Positions 13,852 to 26,815 of a DNA stretch of 64,000 bases are shown piece by piece. Position numbers and translations under genes: made by a program. Every line of letters begins with the position of its first letter. Positions within the stretch are counted from its first letter, which is position 1. The notes under the pieces are model-generated. The model worked only from the letters and a program-made list of their open reading frames with translations. It did no database searches and had not been told where the DNA came from. The stretch comes from Octopus sinensis (lineage: Eukaryota), in assembly GCF_006345805.1 (NCBI RefSeq), contig NC_043012.1, positions 46,748,001-46,812,000 of the forward strand, in the 5' to 3' direction.

Positions 13852-15120
13852 AATAACAATGAAGATTGCTACAATTGGCCTAGACAATAACAATGAAGAT
13901 TGCTACAATTGGCCTAGACACCTACCTGAAAAACTCTGAGGACTGGATGTTAAAACTTGTCTCAAAACATGAAAACAAGAAAGCATCATACTCAGTCACA
14001 AAACAGGCAATGGAATATCTAAGTGAATTCCGAATACAACCAATTTCGGAATTAGAGATAGATATACAAGAAACAAGCACAGAAAAAGCTAGGCGCATGA
14101 AAACCCGTGCCAAAACTGCGGCCTTAGATATTCTGAATAATAAATGGCAAGAAAAACCTCTCTATGGCAAATACCCAAAGAGAGCGAATAATGCAGATAT
14201 CGACAAAGCCCTGACCCATCAATGGCTAATGGCCTCTGGCTTAAAATCTGAAACAGAGGGGTTTATCATAGCAGCTCAAGATCAATGCCTACCAACAAGA
14301 AACTACCAGGCCAACATATTAAAGATCAGAAGCAGTCCAACGTGTCGTGTATGCAAGCAACAAAATGAAACCATTGACCATGTGGTCTCCAAGTGCAGTC
14401 TTCTAGCGCCTACAGAGTATCTCAACAGGCACGATAGAGCTGCACAATATATTCACTGGGTAATCTGTAAAAACCTGGATTTGCCCCATGAAAAAAACTG
14501 GTGGGAACACAAACCACCCCCAGTGCTTGAAAATGACCACATCTCACTCCTCTGGAACTTCACCATTCAAACTGACAGGAAGATAGATGCAAATAGGCCA
14601 GACATCATATTGAGAGACTTCAAACAAAGAACATGCCTCCTCATTGATATGACTGTCCCAATCGATATAAACGTATCTGTCAAGACCTACCAAAAACTGA
14701 GCAAATATAAAGATCTTGAAATAGAAATCAGCAAAATGTGGAAGCTGAAGACTAAAACAATACCTGTTGTCATAGGTGCCCTGGGAATGATAGCAAAAGG
14801 GGCTGATAGCTACCTAACTCAGATACCAGGAAACCCAAAAATGGCAGAAGTTCAAAAGATAGTGCTCATGGGAACTGCTCATATCCTACGCAAAATACTC
14901 TCTATGTAATCTCAAGGTTTAAAACAAACATAATTTTCGGTTTAAAAAAAAAAAAAAAAATTTTTTTTTTAGACATTCATTAGTACAACATCCCCACCCC
15001 CTAAATATATGGCACACTAGGCATAACAACAACATGAACTTCCAACCCTGCTGTCTCCTGAGGTCTCTGGGTGAGACTTGGAGCCAACTTGTACAAATAT
15101 AAAGCAAAAGTCAAACATAG
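13852..15120 (+). mobile_element. 5'-truncated R4/Dong-type non-LTR retrotransposon (young copy)
   Basis: Uninterrupted ORF, ~210-bp 3' UTR, ends directly in (AAT)n; 5' end in (AAC/AAT)n with a 34-bp tandem duplication. Confidence 0.85.
13893..14909 (+). CDS. C-terminal part of an R4/Dong-type ORF: CCHC zinc motif and restriction-like endonuclease (RT domain absent)
   Basis: LKSETEGFIIAAQDQ, CRVC...ETIDHVVSKC, RHD, NRPDII...LIDMTVP...KY.DL..EI, PVVIGALG; 338 aa with no stop. The ATG is probably internal to a longer ORF. Confidence 0.85.
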   Translation: MKIATIGLDTYLKNSEDWMLKLVSKHENKKASYSVTKQAMEYLSEFRIQPISELEIDIQETSTEKARRMKTRAKTAALDILNNKWQEKPLYGKYPKRANNADIDKALTHQWLMASGLKSETEGFIIAAQDQCLPTRNYQANILKIRSSPTCRVCKQQNETIDHVVSKCSLLAPTEYLNRHDRAAQYIHWVICKNLDLPHEKNWWEHKPPPVLENDHISLLWNFTIQTDRKIDANRPDIILRDFKQRTCLLIDMTVPIDINVSVKTYQKLSKYKDLEIEISKMWKLKTKTIPVVIGALGMIAKGADSYLTQIPGNPKMAEVQKIVLMGTAHILRKILSM

Positions 15121-15133
15121 AATAATAATAATA

Positions 15134-15620
15134 ACATTGTTTTGTTTTGGTATAAAAGACGGGCTATAGCAAATATTCTGCTCAATACCACAGATTTGCC
15201 TGTCAGTTGTTTGATCTTAACCAGTTGACCATGTCTCTTAGTAGCTGATGATATGTGCATCTCTGATCACGAGCCGAAGTAGTGGGGGAGCATCATAGCC
15301 GTGTGTTAAAAGTAATTCCGAGAGGTTTGGATAATTCACCTCTGGAAACATGGGTGTTTCGTTTGACATCCTTAAACACCACTTATTCCGGGACCTTTTG
15401 AGCGGGATGTGTAACTCGAACAGAAGAAAACTCTAGCTGCCCCCCACACCTGCAAGGTCATGCGCTGTCTATCTTGATATGAGATCACCATGTTGCGCAC
15501 ATATGGATGTGATGCATGTGTCTGGTGTACCCTTATCAGACGGGTAGTCATGATGGGTATAATAGGCTTCGTATATTTTACCCCAGTGTCACTTTGATGG
15601 CATGCTCTGCTCTCTTACTC
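15134..15620 (+). mobile_element. ~485-bp non-coding interspersed repeat embedded in (AAT)n, copy 1
   Basis: Homologous to 17088..17535 and (inverted) 49638..50122; ends ...ctctcttactc then (AAT)n. Confidence 0.8.
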
Positions 15621-15806
<186 letters not shown>

Positions 15807-15999
15807 CAGTACCTCACTGGGGTCGACGTAATAGACATAATTCTTTCTCCAAAATTTCAGGCCTTGTGCTTCCAGTAGAAAAAAATTATTATTATTTTTT
15901 TCCTTCTTTCTTCAAAATTTCTATCATTTCTCGACCTAGGTGTACAGAAAAACTCGGCAAGAAATGGAAGAATATTTGAAGAAAGAACGAAAAAAAATA

Positions 16000-16207
16000 A
16001 TAATATTTTTTTCTACTGAAATTTGGGGGAAGAGATGAAGTCGATTACATCGACTCCAGTGAGGCACTGGTACTTATCTAATCGACCCCCCTCGCCAGCG
16101 AAAAGATAAAAGGCAAAGTCTTCCTTGGCCTTATTCGAACTCAGAACGTAGCAGCAGATGAAATACCGCTAACCATTTTGCCCGGCCTGCTAACGATTCT
16201 GTCAGCA
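16000..16207 (-). mobile_element. SINE family A
   Basis: Reverse complement of family A (ttcgaactcagaacgt...gaaataccgctaa...gctaacgattctg). Confidence 0.8.
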
Positions 16208-16941
16208 AATAGTAGTAGTGAGACATTGTTATGGCTACAGAAGGGAAACCTGAAAAGGGAGACAGAAAGTTTATTAGTAGCTGCACAAGATCAGGTATTA
16301 AGGACTAATTGGATAAAATACAATAAAGCCAGACACCAAGTAGATTCCCAATGTATATTATGCAATTTAAAAGATGAAAGCGTTACTCATATTGTATGCT
16401 TGAACAGAAAGTATACAAGAAAAGACATATCAATCTAGGGAGAACAATCCGTTAGGAGCAATGTTGAAAGCTAGGATTTCAACATAATGATAAATGGCAT
16501 GAACATAAACTTAGTAAAATGCTAGAAAGTAAGAAGTACGTGATGTTCAGACTGACAGAGTAATAGAATTTAGTAGGCTTGATATGTTAGTAATAGATAA
16601 AGAGAATACAAAATGCCAGATAACTGACTTTACAAACCCAAATGGTGAACACATTAATATGATAAGTACAGAAACAGTAGCAACGTTCCAGGACCTAACT
16701 ATTGAATTACGGACTCTATGGAGAGCGCGGGTAAAATGTATCCCAGTAGATATAGGTGCACTGGGTGCTATCTCCAAAGATCGGAACAGATCGATGGAAG
16801 AATTAGGCACAAAACCCAGTTTAGTACAGCTGCTTAAGACAGTGTTATTAGAGACAGCTAAGATATGTAGGAGGGTTCTTGACATCTAAGGCAACTTAAG
16901 ATTCTTTTCTTTTCCGACTGTCTAATCTGTTGAGTTTATAC

Positions 16942-16942
<1 letters not shown>
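16208..16942 (+). mobile_element. Older degenerate R4/Dong-type LINE 3' fragment
   Basis: WLQKGNLKRETESLLVAAQDQVLRTN...CILC...ESVTHIVC and LTIELRTLW...IPVDIGALG...LLETAKICRRVLDI; frameshifts and stops; ends in (AAT)n. Confidence 0.85.
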
Positions 16943-17032
<90 letters not shown>

Positions 17033-17087
17033 AAGAAGAGAAGAAGAAGAAGAAGAAGAAGAAGAAGAAGAAGAAGAAGAAGAAAAA

Positions 17088-17535
17088 GGACCAGCAATGA
17101 TATTTTGATGCTTCCCTGTTAACACAATGCCTTGTCCGTAATCAGTTGAGCATATTCTTTTGTGGCTGACGATATCTGCATCTCCGATCACGAGCAGAAG
17201 TAGTGATGGAGCATCATAGCCATGTGTTGAGACGAATTGTGTGGGGTTGGAATAATTCACCTCTGGAAACATGGGTGCGTCATTCAACATCCTTAAACAA
17301 ACGTTATTCGGGGACCATTCGAGTAGAATGGATTAATCGACCCGAATAATATTCTAACTTGGCCCACCTGCAAAATAATGCGCTGTTTATCTCGATATCA
17401 GATTGCAAATTTGCGCAAATATGGTTGTGATGCATGTGTCTGGCGTACTCTTATCAAACAGGTAGACATGGTATATTGGGCTTCGTATATTTCTATCCAA
17501 GTGTCAATTTGAAGCTATGCACTACTCTCTCACTC
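17088..17535 (+). mobile_element. ~485-bp repeat, copy 2 (more diverged, different 5' part)
   Basis: Aligns by eye to copy 1 from ~17141 (aatcagttgagcat...cacctctggaaacatggg...ctctctcactc). Confidence 0.75.
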
Positions 17536-17689
17536 AGTAAAACTAGTAGATATAGGAGAAATAATTATCATCATCATTATCTGACGTAGTCTTTATTACG
17601 GCCACCATTTGACGTAGTCTTTATTACGGCCACCAATACTAACAATAACTGCATCAACAGAACACTAACACTAATGTTATAATTATCCT

Positions 17690-17767
17690 GATCATCATCA
17701 TAGTCATCCTCATCATCATCATTCTTAAGAACATCATCATCACTATGGACATTCTTATTATCATCAT

Positions 17768-17803
<36 letters not shown>

Positions 17804-17863
17804 TATCATCATCATAATCATCATCATCATCATCATCATCACCATCATCTGCATCATTATCAC

Positions 17864-17895
<32 letters not shown>

Positions 17896-18110
17896 ACATC
17901 ATCATCATCATTATCATCGTTGTTGTCTTCGTCGTCGTCGTCGTCATCATCATCATCCTCATCATTGCCATTATCATTATCACTATCATTTTTCTTGTCA
18001 TCATCATCATCATCATCATCACCACCATCATCATCATCGTCGTCATCATCGTCATCATCATCATCATCATCGTCATCATTGCCATCATCAGCATCTTCAT
18101 CATTATGAAA
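17690..18110. repeat. (ATC)n/(GTC)n trinucleotide tract
   Basis: Direct run; explains poly-D/M/I/S ORFs. Confidence 0.95.
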
Positions 18111-18595
18111 AATCACCATCAAATTAGCACAGGCATGATGTGGAATCTCAAAAATTACAGAGCGTTAAAAATAAAATAAAAGAAATAACGAGAAATGGAA
18201 AACTAGATATCGTATAAAAAGAAAGAGAAAAAAAAGACAGTATCGATTCAATCATTGAGGAACCAGCATGATATTTTGATGTTTCCCTGCTAAGGAAACA
18301 GAATGCTTTCATCGAGAATACATTAAGTCTACTCAACGTATGCTAATGTAAATCCATAGAATGGAATAAACAATAACAAACTAAGATGTTATGAAGTATT
18401 ATTGCTAAAGAAAAAGTCTCGTCACCAAGCCTGAGGGCTGTAAATTAAACAAGTTGAATGCATAAATCAGGATATTCCTGAATAATTAAGTAGTGTTGAC
18501 TGACGTGAGACAGACTTTCTCACTCGCCCTCTTGCTCTGTCTTTTGTTGTATATGTACATGCGTGCGTGTATATATATACATATATATATATATA

Positions 18596-18631
<36 letters not shown>

Positions 18632-18638
18632 TATATAT

Positions 18639-18670
<32 letters not shown>

Positions 18671-18723
18671 ATATATATATAGATATATATAGATACATAG
18701 ATAGATAAACACAAATACATACA

Positions 18724-18763
<40 letters not shown>

Positions 18764-19624
18764 AGTGTATCTAGCTGTGTTTATATATATATCTATATAT
18801 ATATGCGTGTGTAGGTAGACAGATATATATATATTTCCTCACACACACACAGACACACATATATATATGTGCATACATCACACATACATAGTACTTACAT
18901 GTATATATATATATATGTGTATAAGTGTGTGCGTGTGTGAGATTGTGTATGAATGTATATTTAGATATGCATTTCTATATGTACAAGTATCTGTGTTTTT
19001 GCGTACCTTACCTTTTGCTAGAAAAGCAAACTTTCTAAATTCAACATCAACGTTTCTAAAATTTCACCCTCTCTTCTATTCAAGGAAATCCTGTTAACGT
19101 GCGTAGGGGCTTCTTCAAAGTTGACACTATTCTTTCAAGATGTTTTTCTATATGTTGCTTGTATTACCATGCTACTTAGAGGAACGCTTAAATTTTTCCT
19201 CAAAAACAAAGTATTTGATGAACAATTCCTTTAATAAAACGAAAGAAAAATCAGTTATTCTAACAAAACAAACTAATACCCCAAAAACGACACTTGCAGA
19301 GTGTCAACGCAATAAATTAACGAAATATATTAAAAACATATATATCGCTTATATAATTCTTTGCAAGAATCAAATGCATGTGTCTATAAAATATATAGCA
19401 AAAACCTCATGAAGCGACACGAAATGCATAATCAAGCTTAAATATGTATGATTTAATAAAAAGCGGAAGCATATAAATATGCAAAAGCGAATTTGATTTA
19501 TAAATCTGATTGTAAATATAAAAGCTGTAATTTCTACGATACCGACTACAATTGCAAAACATTGCACGACACAACACAAAACAGAAAACTAGATAATAAA
19601 ATATTAATGACCGATGTATGTATG

Positions 19625-19665
<41 letters not shown>

Positions 19666-19668
<3 letters not shown>

Positions 19669-19830
19669 GGCATGGCTGTGTGACAAGAAGCTTGCTTCTC
19701 AACCACATAGTCCCTGATTAAGTCCTACTGCATGACACCTTCAGTAAATGTCTTCTACTAAAGCCTCGAGCCGACCAAAGCCTTGTGAGTGGATTTTGTA
19801 CATGGAAACATAAAGTAGTCCGTCGTATAC
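19666..19830 (+). mobile_element. SINE family B 5' half (tRNA-like head)
   Basis: gcaggcatggctgtgtg..aagaagcttgct...gccgaccaaagccttgtgagtggat, shared with 47955, 53495, 61005 and 61517. Confidence 0.8.
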
Positions 19831-19872
19831 ATTTTCTTTTCCTGTAGTTTCAGCTCAGAGCTGCGGCCATGT

Positions 19873-19940
<68 letters not shown>

Positions 19941-19941
19941 A

Positions 19942-20170
19942 CAGCGTGATCATCGTGACCGACCAGGCTATCAAATGTTGCTACATATCGCTGGTCTCTT
20001 ACAAAGCATTGTTTTATCCTTCAAATGACGCCACCACGCCCTGCCAGAGCCTCGTGGAGCTTTAGGTGTTTTCACTCAATAAACACTCACAACACCCGGC
20101 CTAGGATTCGAAATCGCGATCCTACAACCGCGAGTCCGCTGCCCTAATCACTGGGCCATCGCGCCTCCAC
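19942..20170 (-). mobile_element. SINE family C with tRNA-like head
   Basis: Minus: ggaggcgcgatggcccagtgattagggcagcggactcgcgg...gatttcgaatcct (A/B boxes) followed by a non-tRNA body. Confidence 0.8.
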
Positions 20171-20283
20171 GTATATATATATATATATACATACATACAT
20201 ACATACATACATACATGTATACATACATACATACATACATACATACATACATACATACATACATACATACATACATACATACA

Positions 20284-21355
20284 CTAGCAATGACTCCCAG
20301 CGTTGCGCGGGTGTTATGACCTAAACTCACATTGTATTATTTGCTTCTTTCATATGGGCAGAATCGGCACACGAGGAGTGTGAAGCCGACGATGCTTCTG
20401 GGTAAGCTATGTTTTCCATAAGTCCAGTGTTGGTAGAATAAATATACAAGTCATCTGCACTGCTAACTCGAGAGCATGCGGCGTATTGTTGTCCATGAGA
20501 AAAGCAGGGCATTTGTAAATTGAGACCCACAATTTTTAAAATTTGACCCTGAACTTTGTTGATTGTCATAGCGAAGCACACTCGCACTGCGAACTAAAAG
20601 CGCTTGAATTGAAATGGCACATTTAACGGAATAAGGGCCATGCGTGGAATGTATGCGATCTCCTCTCGATGCAGCCAGTAATAATGTTTGTCTTTGTAGT
20701 TACAGTCAATCTTGTACCATTGCATAGTCGAGATGGATCCAAATTCCTCAAGAGCATGTGAGGTGCACCTCTCTTTCTGAACGACTTATGAGGTGGCAGT
20801 CTTGTGGGTTGTAGAGAGTTGAGACGTTCAAGTGGATACACATCAGTGGCACGTTCGTCAATGGTAGTATCAAAATTTTTCTGAATGAAATACTGAATTC
20901 CTCTTCCTCCACCTCAGGCACCCATCAGCACCCATCAGCTACCCGTTTTCCGGCGAAATGCAAAATCTCCTGTATGGAAAGCATACTAATGTGAGGAAAT
21001 TGAGGAAAGAAATAAGGGCGAGAGGGTGGTAGTCACGCAAATGTGATATCGGACATGCTAGAAACAACATATAAAGGACAGGATTTCTGAGATAAATTCC
21101 TTGTAAGTTTAAATGGAAGATCAGGTTTTGAAATACGCTCGTCACAAATGATAGGATAGAAAAAGGTAATTTCCAAAGGATTTGAGCTGTAATTTAGCGC
21201 ACAGCAAAACATAACATAATTCATACAGAACTTTAACTGAGTGTGTGGGCCAAAGGAAGTTATTTTTCTATACTTTTTTTTTAATTCCACAAGAAGGAAA
21301 TATAGTGAAGATGTAATATTGTGTCAACATATGGTCTCCGTAGATTATTATGAGA
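20284..21355 (-). mobile_element. Helitron remnant carrying the C-terminal Pif1-like helicase region
   Basis: LPPHK...MLLRNLDPSRLCNGTRL and FAMTINKVQGQ..K.VGL.L..PCFSHGQ.Y.A.SRV. 3' hairpin CCCGCGCAACGCTGGG then CTAG|T at 20284-20287. 5' end uncertain. Confidence 0.85.
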
Positions 21356-21959
21356 AATTAAAAGAGGGAGATAATGCCTAATTCTATGCATGAGTGAAAC
21401 AGGAGAGTGAAAATGTGCAATTCGATCTCGTTTGTTGGGTTCTCAGTGTCTCCTTCCCCCAATTCTCCCTCTCTTCCCGCTGGCTTTCTTTCACCTTCAG
21501 CTTTAGAACGTACACAGGGTGTGAAACGACATTTCGCTCTCACCCGCTATCCCTGTCATTCATCTTCTCTTATAGAAACTTGTTTTCTCTCTGTTTCTTT
21601 CTCTTGTCTTTTTCTCATTCTGTGTTTCGCTGGATCATTCCGTAAAAATTTATTTGTTTATACTTTGACGAGAGCAGAAATTGACAGAAAAGAGAAAGCG
21701 AAAATGGGGGAGAGAGAGAGAGAAAGTGAAGGAGATGAGAAAGTGAAATATTATGTACGTGTACATGGAATGGACGTATGTATGTGTGTATTTGTGTGCG
21801 CGAGATAGAGAGAGAAAGAGAAAGAGATAGAGAGATAGAGTGAGTAAGCGAAGGTGTGTGTCGTGATGCTGGATATCTTTTAAGGTACGCACTCATATAG
21901 AAAATGATATGTGTGTGTGAGTGTGTGTATATGTATATGTCTGAGTGTACCATTGTGAA

Positions 21960-22148
21960 CTTGCCATCATTGACAACCGGTCTGTTTACGTCACCGTAAC
22001 TTAACAGTTCAGCAAAACACACCGGTGGAATACGCACTAGGACTAAAAAGAGATGAATACAGGGGTCGGTTTGTTCGACTAAAATCTTTGAAGGCGGTGC
22101 TGCAGCATGGCTGCAGTCAAATGACTGAAACAAGTAAAAGAATAAAAG
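21960..22148 (+). mobile_element. SINE family B 3' half
   Basis: ggggtcg..ttg.tcgactaaaa...ggcggtgct.cagcatggc.gcagtcaaatgactgaaacaagtaaaaga tail. Confidence 0.8.
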
Positions 22149-22695
22149 TACAGAAGAATTAAATTCTTCATAGAAATTAGAAATTAGTGCAAGTGGAAGT
22201 AGTCATGTGCCAGCACAATGCTAAATTAAAACACAGACACAGAACAAAAGTCACAAAAATATATTTAAATAACTAATGATAAATTCTAATTACTTCCTAA
22301 GTCTGAAGGAAGGGCAGAGCCCATGGGCCAGGCAGGAGCAGAGAGACGGAAGAGATGGAAGCCGCTGCAATTCCGCTAAAACTACAAGTAAAACATAATC
22401 TGAGAGGCAACTACACAGAGATAACTATCTGGTTCAGTTCTATCTTTTTTCTTATCTTTTGTTCAGGTGCTGGGATTGGAAACAATATGGGAAATAGGAG
22501 GAGATGAAACAAGGAAGCCGGCACGTGACCGGTAGCTCCGAGGATCAGAAGGTAATTTAACTGCGGTGGAAACAGCACCTGTTGTCTAGAGGTTGTAGAA
22601 TACTTTTGGACTACTTTCTGCCATTGTGAACTTGCCATGGCTACAGTCTAGAATAGACTGCCTGTGCGGGCGGGCGTTGGTGTGTGTGTGTGTGG

Positions 22696-22728
<33 letters not shown>

Positions 22729-23484
22729 TGCGTGCGTGTGTGTGTGTGTGCGTGTGTGTGTGTGTGTGTGTGCGTGCGTGTGCGTGTGTGTTTACATGTG
22801 TGATTGTGTGCTGAGTAGCCATACCGTGTCAGGCATGAATGAGATTAGTGCTCCATTGAATAAAACCTCTTGCGTTGCAAGTGAGCAATGATTATTATGA
22901 GCCAGATTCGGACAGTAAGTTCTAGAAGAATCATAAGCAGAAAAGCACGTTCATGAGATTTTTAGGAATTTTGCGCTTTGACGCCAATGAGTAGTAACTA
23001 ACGCTCGTATATGAAAATTATTATTCTTATAAACATGATACTAGGACACAGTTGCGCTTTCAACACACTAGATGTTTCTTTAAATGCCTGTCCGACCGTA
23101 TATATCTACGTCCATGCCTATACGTGTATATAGATATACACACATACATACACAGACACACACATAAATATATATATAATTATGTGTGTGTCTGTAGTTA
23201 TATATACGTATAAAATTAATAATCAGATACAAATTTATATAATCATATTAATTGAGCAAGGGAGGAAATGTTGATGTCTTTCACTCGCCCGCCTACAATC
23301 CGTGTATAGTTTTGGAGATTTTCGGTAATATCTGAAGGCCTCGGTATTCAAACATGTTGGAGATATGTCGTTCTTTTGGCGCTGGCTCCCTTAATATAAT
23401 TGTATGCCTATATTTATATAATTATTAATTTACTGTATAAATTTCCTATAAATTCTTATCCTTATATTCTAGCATGCATTAATA

Positions 23485-24100
23485 TATATATATATAAACA
23501 ACTTATAAATAAGGGCAAAAGAAAAAAAAAACTATTATGCCAAATATGCCGAATCGTCAATAACCACATATAATTCATCACTAAAAGCACGCGACTCGAA
23601 GCAAGCTGACAGAAATTTCTACAAAATTCCGTAATTACCGAATCGGACCGATTTCTGTGATAATTCATAAAGAATTTTCTCGTCATCTGCGGTAAATACG
23701 TTAAGAAATAAATGAAATACTTACTTGCATATATGGAACAAGTATGCGCAAAGCCATGTGTACACTTAAGTGCCCCAAATATATCCAAATAGAAATTTTG
23801 CAGCACACATCAAGACACGTGCAATCAGACTGAAAATTCTGATAGAGTAAGAGACAGTCCGGAAGTGAATGGTATTAAATTTACATCTAATATAGGATAA
23901 CATTTTCAGAAAAAGTTTATCATTGGCCAGCACGTTAAAAAATACTTTTCAAGGTGAAAATTATAAACAACTCATAAATAAGGGCAAAAGAAAAAATTCC
24001 TATGCCAAATATGTCGCGAAATAGATTTTAATCGTCAATAACCACATATAATTCATCACTACAAGCACGCGTCTCGAAGCAAGCAGACGGAATTTTTTTG
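23485..24100. repeat. Direct duplication of ~140 bp, about 470 bp apart
   Basis: ataaacaac.tataaataagggcaaaagaaaaa...tcgtcaataaccacatataattcatcact..aagcacgcg..tcgaagcaagc occurs twice. Confidence 0.8.
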
Positions 24101-24705
24101 AAAATTTTATTCGAAGTTTTGTTTCGACGAGGGAGTTTTGCCCTGTTTCTCAAAGGCTGTCACAGTCGAAATTTTGTGGAACTTAATATCATGTAAACCA
24201 ATGTTTTTATTTTTCATTTTATATGTATAGGCCGATCTTTAATGCTTTGCATGGTACTGTAGTATTATTGTTGTTGTTGTTTTTGCTATTATGTTGCTAA
24301 CCGTGTGATGCATATATTGTTTTGCTGGTATTAATGCTATTAATAATAATAATAATGATATTAGTAGCAATAGTGGTAATGATAATAGTAATGATGTCAA
24401 TATTAATGGCATCTTGTAACTTAATATAATGTACTCTGGACTTTGTATATCTGCATTTGAATATGAATAAGTGTATGCTTTCTACATTGTAATATCATAA
24501 TATTATGTTGACCAACTGTAACATTGAATATAGAACATATGTATGTATATTGATTTATATTATTATGTATATGTATATATATCTATATAGGAGTATGGGT
24601 ATATGCACTCATATGTATGTGTATATATATAATATGGGTATGTACCCACTCTTGTATGGGTGTACCTCCTCTGATATTCATATTTAATTTAGTTTGTATT
24701 TCATA

Positions 24706-24832
24706 ATCTCTGAAGAGGCCTTGGGATATTTTTGTAAATGTCTCATTTATAACTACATATTGACCTATCACATATGGTTAACATGAGCTTAATGAGACAC
24801 CCATATCTGCATGGCCGAAACAGCTGTAAGAT
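24706..24832 (+). ncRNA. Type I hammerhead ribozyme with ~100-nt stem II domain
   Basis: AUCU-CUGAAGA-GGCC[...]GGCC-GAAA-C-AGCU-GUA-AGAU: intact core, 4-bp stem I, palindromic loop III, GUA cleavage triplet. Confidence 0.8.
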
Positions 24833-25243
24833 GTAGTTTATATTTATATTTGTATTTATTTATATTCACTTATACATACTGTACTTATTGTATCATATTA
24901 CTCTTTCATGTACATTGTTTTGTTCTATATTATTATGTTTGACCTTAATGTTCATATGTAGTGGTTTAATAAATTATGTGATTGGGTATTATCTGGTAGT
25001 TGATCATTGATTAAGATGTGTTTCTTCATTTTCTTATTTTCTATTATTAATTTGTGGTAAAACATTTTACCTTTGCCCATATAATACAGTAAATGAATTA
25101 ACTGGATCGCAATTCTTAACATTTATGTATTACTTTGTTGGGTACTTCACTAGCAGTATATTGGATATCTAATCCCATGGAGGGTTGCACTTACAACCCC
25201 TATCTCATTTTGTATATATATATATATATAATATATATATATT

Positions 25244-25290
<47 letters not shown>

Positions 25291-25361
25291 TCTGCTATGT
25301 ATTGAGTACCTTATTTACTGTGGTTAACCCCGACTCAACCCGGACCTAAATATATATATAT

Positions 25362-25407
<46 letters not shown>

Positions 25408-25444
25408 TATATATATATAATATATATATATATATAATATATAT

Positions 25445-25502
<58 letters not shown>

Positions 25503-26096
25503 TATATTATTTATATATATATATACACACACATACATATATATATATACACGTACAAGTATGTATGAATAGAGCTATTTATGTGTATATATATATATAT
25601 AAACGCGCACATACATACGTATGCCTGTGGGTCTGTTTATGAAAGTATATACTCATAATTATAAAGAAAATCATGGGAGAACAAAGTAGGAAACCTACGA
25701 ACTGAAAATAACTGTGGAAAAAATGAATGAAAGACAGGAAAACAATAAAGCAATTAATGTATTTTAATGCTAAAACGCACTGAATCCTAAAATGTTTCTT
25801 CTTTTAAGTGAAAAAAAAAACATCTGTATAGTTATTCATATGTCTGCGTGCATTGGATATATCACAATGTACACTAGGTCTCTTTCCTATAACTTAATCT
25901 ATAACTGTTCGTATGTACTAGAAATAAAACATACACATGTAAGTAACTCTCATCTGCGCACGCACACAAACACACACACACACACACACGAATCCACACA
26001 CACATATATACACGACTGTGTGTTTTTTCTATATGAGCATATAAACTGCATAATTTTGAGGATGTCTTTGCAATGCAGATATAGCAGATACAGATA

Positions 26097-26815
26097 TCTT
26101 CTCTATATATAAAAGGCAGTTTGTCTGTATGTCTGTCAGGTTGTACCCTTACCCTGACCACGGCTTTCAACCGATTCTGATGAAACTTGACACACACATA
26201 GCCCAATGTCATAATTCAAAACTAACGCAGCAAAAATTTTGAAAAGTTCCCCCAGTTCTGAATAAAATCGATAAATTCGACATGGGGTCGAGAATCTAAG
26301 CAACACATTTTCCGTGAAGCTTAATGTTACCCTAAGGAACTTAATTCTGACGTTAGTTTTCCATGCAATACCTTACCATCAGAAAAAATCGATAAAATCA
26401 TGCCATTTTGGGAAATCGCGTTCAAATTCAAGATGACATATTTTCGACAATATCTTTAACAAATTGGCAGGAATTTTTTTTGAAATTCACTGCGAGCATC
26501 ATGTCTGCCCCAAGGAGCTATATGGCCCTTTTGATTCCAATAGGATACGTTATTACTGGAAAAAATCGGTTAATTACATCATATGTGGCACACATAGCAA
26601 ACCGATTTTTCTGCGATATTTTTTGAAAGTTCACATAGATGTTCCCTACTTCTTCGTGCATGCAAGGGAACGGTGCCTTGAATGCCTTAATGCCTTTTAG
26701 GCTTCATTTTACAAAATAACAGTTCAATGAGTACAAAAAAGGGTAAAAAGGTAAAGGGCATTGCTTATCGACAAAGTTTCTTACATACCCGGGCAATGCC
26801 GGGCTATGCTGCTAG
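26097..26815 (+). mobile_element. Non-autonomous Helitron, complete
   Basis: A|TCTTCTCTATATATAAAA 5' end; 3' hairpin CCCGGGCAATGCCGGG then CTAG|T; no target duplication. Confidence 0.8.

Noticed and set aside
15244-15350. CUGAUGA/CUGACGA conserved in the 485-bp repeat, with a later GAAA
   Set aside because: No closing stem II, stem III or NUH cleavage triplet could be formed; an HDV-like fold also did not fit by eye.
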